This document shows positions 60,094 through 64,000 of a DNA stretch of 64,000 nucleotides, piece after piece (within the stretch, counting starts at the first letter, position 1; each line of letters starts with the position of its first letter). Position numbers and translations under genes: made by a program. The notes below the pieces were generated by a model, which saw only the letters and a program-made list of their open reading frames with translations, searched no databases and had not been told where the DNA came from. The stretch comes from Candidatus Latescibacterota bacterium. GTDB lineage: Bacteria; Latescibacterota; UBA2968. The stretch spans positions 1,888,001-1,952,000 of the forward strand of contig OZ244960.1 in assembly GCA_965222605.1 (NCBI GenBank). The letters are read 5' to 3'.

Positions 60094-60171
60094 TATCCAT
60101 ACGACACTTTCGGGATGCAGACTCGTCTTTATAGTAAAACACGTGTGGATTGATTTCTTCTGGAGCAATTC

Positions 60172-61536
60172 GTGGAACAGATTGAAGACAGCGCACTCAT
60201 CGCCCGGATTCTGGATGGCGATCGCAAAGCATTCGCGGTTTTGGTGCATCGCTATTCGCGATATGTGTATGCCCAAATTGCCCGATCTGTGCGACTGGTT
60301 GATGACGTAGAAGACCTGGTCCAAATCGTATTTGTCAAAGTGTACGAAAATCTGCATCAGCTTCGCAATCCCGACCGATTTAGACCCTGGTTACACAGCA
60401 TCGTACGCAACGCCGTCAATTCTCATCATCGCTATCGAGCCGTGCAATTGCGGTTAGAAGAGACACTTTATCCAGAGCCTGCAACGCACGCTGAAGAAGA
60501 AATCAAACATGTTGTGCGCGCCGCGCTTCGCATCCTATCGGCTGAACACCGCCAGGTAATCGCCCATCACTATTTCAAAGGGTATTCTTACGCGGAAACA
60601 GCCGACCTCCTGAACCTCACGGTGGAAACCGTGCGCGGGCGTCTGAGGCGTGCGCGTCTAAAATTGAAAGGAGAGTTGCACAAAATGTCGGATACTCAAA
60701 TGCAAACAACTGAACTGGACCGCGCAGATATGGACGCGCTAAAAAAAGTAATCGGTTTTGTAAGCGACGACGAAAAACGCCCGATCTTGCAGGGCGTGTG
60801 TCTCGACATAGGCGGTCGCGCGACTGCGACCAACGGGCATATCATGATCATTCGCACATTGAAAAGCCTCACTGGACTCGCCGCACCCATTGTCATCGGA
60901 CCCTGGTCAGGCACTCAACTGCCCGAACAGGCCACAATGAAAATTGCGGAAACGACCGTGGAAATCCAGAGTAACGGCACAACCCTTCAAGTGCCCTTAA
61001 TCGAAGGCCCTTATGTCAAATATGAACAGGTCATCCCGCAAGAAGATCCCGCAATGCGAGTTTCTATCTCCTCGGCTCTTCTGACACACGCACTGGACTT
61101 ACTACAAAATTTCATGGAAGCGCGGCATCCAGAGTCGGACATGTGGCAATATCGTCCTCGGATAGATCTGCATCTCTCGCCATTGACCCAGACCATAACT
61201 TTTCTCACATCGCGGGATACGGGATATACCCGAGAGGATAATGGCAAATTCCAATATCTGCTTGACGCGAAAAATGACGACTCGCCAGGAGGCGTTGCAG
61301 ATTGGATATTTCAAGTACCGCTCAATGCCAAATTTGAAACATCATCAGAAGACACGCTCAGGTTCGCCGTGAACTTCGCGTATCTAAAAAAGATCCTGCA
61401 TGCGTTAGATTTCGAAGACAGCGATGAGATAATGCTGGAATTTAGAGAACAGGAAAAAGCGATCATCTTTCGCACGCCCTTGAACGCGGAATGGCTGGCA
61501 TTGTTAATGCCGTTGAGGCTGAAGTCAAAGGATTAA
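60172..61536 (+). CDS. ECF sigma factor fused to a DNA polymerase III beta-clamp-like C-terminal region
   Basis: Sigma2 (EDLVQ.VF...F..WL..I.RN) and sigma4 (GYSY.E.A..L...VRGRL.RAR); then RPILQGV, ATNGH, IEGPY..YEQVIP, VNFAYL, LLMPLRL as in DnaN. Confidence 0.8.
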   Translation: MEQIEDSALIARILDGDRKAFAVLVHRYSRYVYAQIARSVRLVDDVEDLVQIVFVKVYENLHQLRNPDRFRPWLHSIVRNAVNSHHRYRAVQLRLEETLYPEPATHAEEEIKHVVRAALRILSAEHRQVIAHHYFKGYSYAETADLLNLTVETVRGRLRRARLKLKGELHKMSDTQMQTTELDRADMDALKKVIGFVSDDEKRPILQGVCLDIGGRATATNGHIMIIRTLKSLTGLAAPIVIGPWSGTQLPEQATMKIAETTVEIQSNGTTLQVPLIEGPYVKYEQVIPQEDPAMRVSISSALLTHALDLLQNFMEARHPESDMWQYRPRIDLHLSPLTQTITFLTSRDTGYTREDNGKFQYLLDAKNDDSPGGVADWIFQVPLNAKFETSSEDTLRFAVNFAYLKKILHALDFEDSDEIMLEFREQEKAIIFRTPLNAEWLALLMPLRLKSKD

Positions 61537-61550
61537 AAATAGGCTTATGG

Positions 61551-62438
61551 TCAAATCACACCTGCATTCTCCAATGCCGCCTGAATCTGCCCCTCCTGCT
61601 CGGCAGACGACGGTGGCATTGGAGGTCTTGGCACACCCCCATCACGCCCCTGCAGCTTCATCGCATACTTGGTATTTGCGGGCAAATTATCATCAAAAAT
61701 CGCATTCCAAATCGGCAGCAACTTTTCATGTAAATCCAACGCCTTTTTATGATCACCTGCACGACACGCATCCCACACCGCCACACACAACTCAGGCACC
61801 GCCGTCAAAATCGCCGCAATCGCACCGTGCGCACCCAAAACAAATGACGGATACAACAACGCATCTACCGCAGTCATAATCCGCGCTCGATCTCCGGCCA
61901 TCAACAACAAATCAGCCAGCAACTTCATATCTCCCGCACTCTGCTTCACCCCCACCACCCCTTCCACCTCGCCAATAATCCGCGTCAACAACTCCGGCGA
62001 CAAATACGTCCACGGCACCACATTGTAAATCATCACCGGCAACCCCGTCCCCTCACACAACGCCTCAAAATGCCTGACCATCGCATCATCGTCTGGCCGA
62101 AACAAATAATGCACCGGCGTCACCTGTAACGCCACCGGACCCAAATCGGCCACAGCCTTCCCCCGCTCAATTGCCGACTTCGTACTGTCCGTAATAATCC
62201 CTGTAATTACTGGCACCCGCCCATCAGCTTCCTCCATCGCCCATTGCGTCAACTGCCTCATTTCATCATCCCCGAGCGTATGCCCCTCTCCCGTACTCCC
62301 CGTCACCGCCAACCCGTGCACCTTCGCCGTCTCAATCATATACTGAATTTCCGCACGAAACGCCCCCTCATCAAGTGAGTCATCCTCCCGAAACGGCGTC
62401 ACCACTGGCGGCACAATCCCATAAATAGAATCCATCAT
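61551..62438 (-). CDS. Dihydrodipicolinate synthase (DapA/NAL) family protein
   Basis: VTPF, GSTGEG, IYNV, GVKQS Schiff-base Lys. Confidence 0.9.
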   Translation of the reverse strand: MMDSIYGIVPPVVTPFREDDSLDEGAFRAEIQYMIETAKVHGLAVTGSTGEGHTLGDDEMRQLTQWAMEEADGRVPVITGIITDSTKSAIERGKAVADLGPVALQVTPVHYLFRPDDDAMVRHFEALCEGTGLPVMIYNVVPWTYLSPELLTRIIGEVEGVVGVKQSAGDMKLLADLLLMAGDRARIMTAVDALLYPSFVLGAHGAIAAILTAVPELCVAVWDACRAGDHKKALDLHEKLLPIWNAIFDDNLPANTKYAMKLQGRDGGVPRPPMPPSSAEQEGQIQAALENAGVI

Positions 62439-62566
62439 CTCCTCCCAATATCTTCTGTCAAAGCAACCACATCTAAAAGTTTGATGTCTTTATCTATATC
62501 ACTTCGCCTTTTTTTTATTGAAAAATATTCCTATATGAGTATATTTAATGCGAGAGGATATTATAG

Positions 62567-62824
62567 ATGAAGACGACGCCATACTTTCGCAACCGAACAC
62601 TTAGAGATCGACCTGAATTACAAAAATATCTGAAAGAAATTGCGGATGCAATAAACCATTATCATGCGATTGAACAGCAAGCAGATGGTCGCACACGGCG
62701 ATGGATTTACATCGCTGAAATTGACAAATATGTTCGCGTCGTTGTCGAAGCCGATGGAGAAACGATTCACAATGCATTTCCGGATCGCACGTACACGAAA
62801 AAAGAAAAACGAAAGGATCCTTGA
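62567..62824 (+). CDS. Small basic protein, putative RelE/BrnT-like toxin
   Basis: Q.DGR.R.W..I...KY.RVV...DGETIHNAFPDR; sits upstream of a DUF2283 gene. Confidence 0.6.
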   Translation: MKTTPYFRNRTLRDRPELQKYLKEIADAINHYHAIEQQADGRTRRWIYIAEIDKYVRVVVEADGETIHNAFPDRTYTKKEKRKDP

Positions 62825-62825
62825 T

Positions 62826-63272
62826 ATGAAATCCCTGGAGTATTTTCCCGAAACGGATACGCTTCATATTACACTGAGTTCAACATCTGCATCTGGTGGC
62901 GCAGAAAATGCCGGATCAGATGGCGAACATCCGGACATCATTTTGTCCTATAATGATAAAGATAAATTGGTATCTATTACAATTGAAAATGCCAGTAAGG
63001 GTGTGGATCTGAACGATATTCTTTCGGGACACGCAAAAATTTTACATGGAAAAATAGAAACCATTTATTCAATTTCAGAATTAGCGGAAAAATTGGACAT
63101 CACACCACGCACATTGCGCAATACCATCCATTCGATGCGGGCTTCGGGAATAGACATCGGCAAACAATACGGGCCTACATATCCCATTATCCTATCTGAA
63201 CCTGACGCGCAAAAAATTGTACAATGGCGCAGTGAACACCCAAGAGGCAGACCTAAATTGGCATCCGTTTAG
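62826..63272 (+). CDS. DUF2283-domain protein with C-terminal HTH
   Basis: YFPETDTLHI...LVSITIENAS; SISELAEKLDITPRTLR HTH; RGRPK tail. Confidence 0.7.
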   Translation: MKSLEYFPETDTLHITLSSTSASGGAENAGSDGEHPDIILSYNDKDKLVSITIENASKGVDLNDILSGHAKILHGKIETIYSISELAEKLDITPRTLRNTIHSMRASGIDIGKQYGPTYPIILSEPDAQKIVQWRSEHPRGRPKLASV

Positions 63273-63373
63273 ACAGAACGCTCAGGCATTCAACAGTCCC
63301 TGAGATTTGCAACATCACCCTGGAACCTAAACAACATGGCAACTCTTATGTCATAGCATTTAAGGATGAAGAC

Positions 63374-64000
63374 ATGGAATCTCATTCTGTTTGGCAATAT
63401 TTGGCACCGGCTGACCGCGAAACTTTTGTTTCAGGTACAATTTGTTGGCTTATGGATCCAAAAGGAGACCATGGTTTAGGTAATCAATTATTATCTGTGT
63501 TACTCGAAAAATTGGAATTATCAGCTAACACAAATTCAGAATTGACAATAAGACCCGAAGTAACCGAGGGCAGAGATAAACGATTCGATATTTGCGTATA
63601 TGAAAATGACAATCTAATTGCTGTTTTTGAGGTCAAATGCAAAACATCCGGAAGTCGAGAGCAAATTGAAAACTATGCACAAACACAGATAAGACTTGGA
63701 AGAATTGCATTTGACGAGTGGAATTTTCCCGACCTTAGTGAAGATAATCGCACGAATTACCCTCTCATAACCTTTGCAAAGTTGGCCAAAATTTTAAGCC
63801 AAATATCATCCGTAGAGAACAATCCATTTGTCTTCTCATTCGCAACTCATCTTCGGCAAGAGGCTGATTTCTTCAAAAAATTACAGGGTTTTTTTATTGA
63901 AGAAACAGAAGAAAAACCTCCCCAACTTCCAACCGTTCATCGTTTTTCTGAACGATTTTGCAATCAACTATTCTGGCATTGGTTCAAAGAACAGAGCTGG
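63374..64000 (+). CDS. PD-(D/E)xK nuclease family protein (runs off window end)
   Basis: Manual translation: E.F.S..I.WLMDPKGDHGLG...RFDI...VFEVK...EQIENY. Confidence 0.75.
   Translation, partial: MESHSVWQYLAPADRETFVSGTICWLMDPKGDHGLGNQLLSVLLEKLELSANTNSELTIRPEVTEGRDKRFDICVYENDNLIAVFEVKCKTSGSREQIENYAQTQIRLGRIAFDEWNFPDLSEDNRTNYPLITFAKLAKILSQISSVENNPFVFSFATHLRQEADFFKKLQGFFIEETEEKPPQLPTVHRFSERFCNQLFWHWFKEQSW

Noticed and set aside
61551-62438. Calling this gene dapA
   Set aside because: Family motifs are present, but there is no lysine-pathway context and the residues do not establish specificity.

Overview
Bacterial chromosomal segment with a catabolic profile: five PhyH-family dioxygenases, many Gfo/Idh/MocA oxidoreductases, two sulfatases and a GWxTD protein. 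This resembles Latescibacteria/Poribacteria/Gemmatimonadota-like, possibly sponge-associated lineages (inference only). Core genes are aceE-aceF-lpdA, ilvD, a PTS IIA, a Mug glycosylase, tRNA-Glu(CTC) and tRNA-Arg(ACG). Four accessory, defence-like blocks are present. (1) An ~8.7 kb insert inside the PDH operon: DUF499 ATPase, HEPN-like protein, DUF1156 methyltransferase, GIY-YIG and NYN RNase. It carries three copies of an apparently independently transcribed ~60-nt two-hairpin RNA around the NYN gene. (2) An AT-rich cassette region at 26.5-32.2 kb punctuated by duplicated, decayed gene 3' ends. (3) An AAA-PDDEXK gene plus a SNF2-helicase/sacsin-like ATPase pair at 39-47 kb. (4) TA-like and nuclease genes at the right edge. 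The best candidates for novelty are the NYN + repeated small-RNA module and an ECF sigma factor fused to a two-domain beta-sliding-clamp-like module. All family calls come from reading motifs by eye; no database searches were run.
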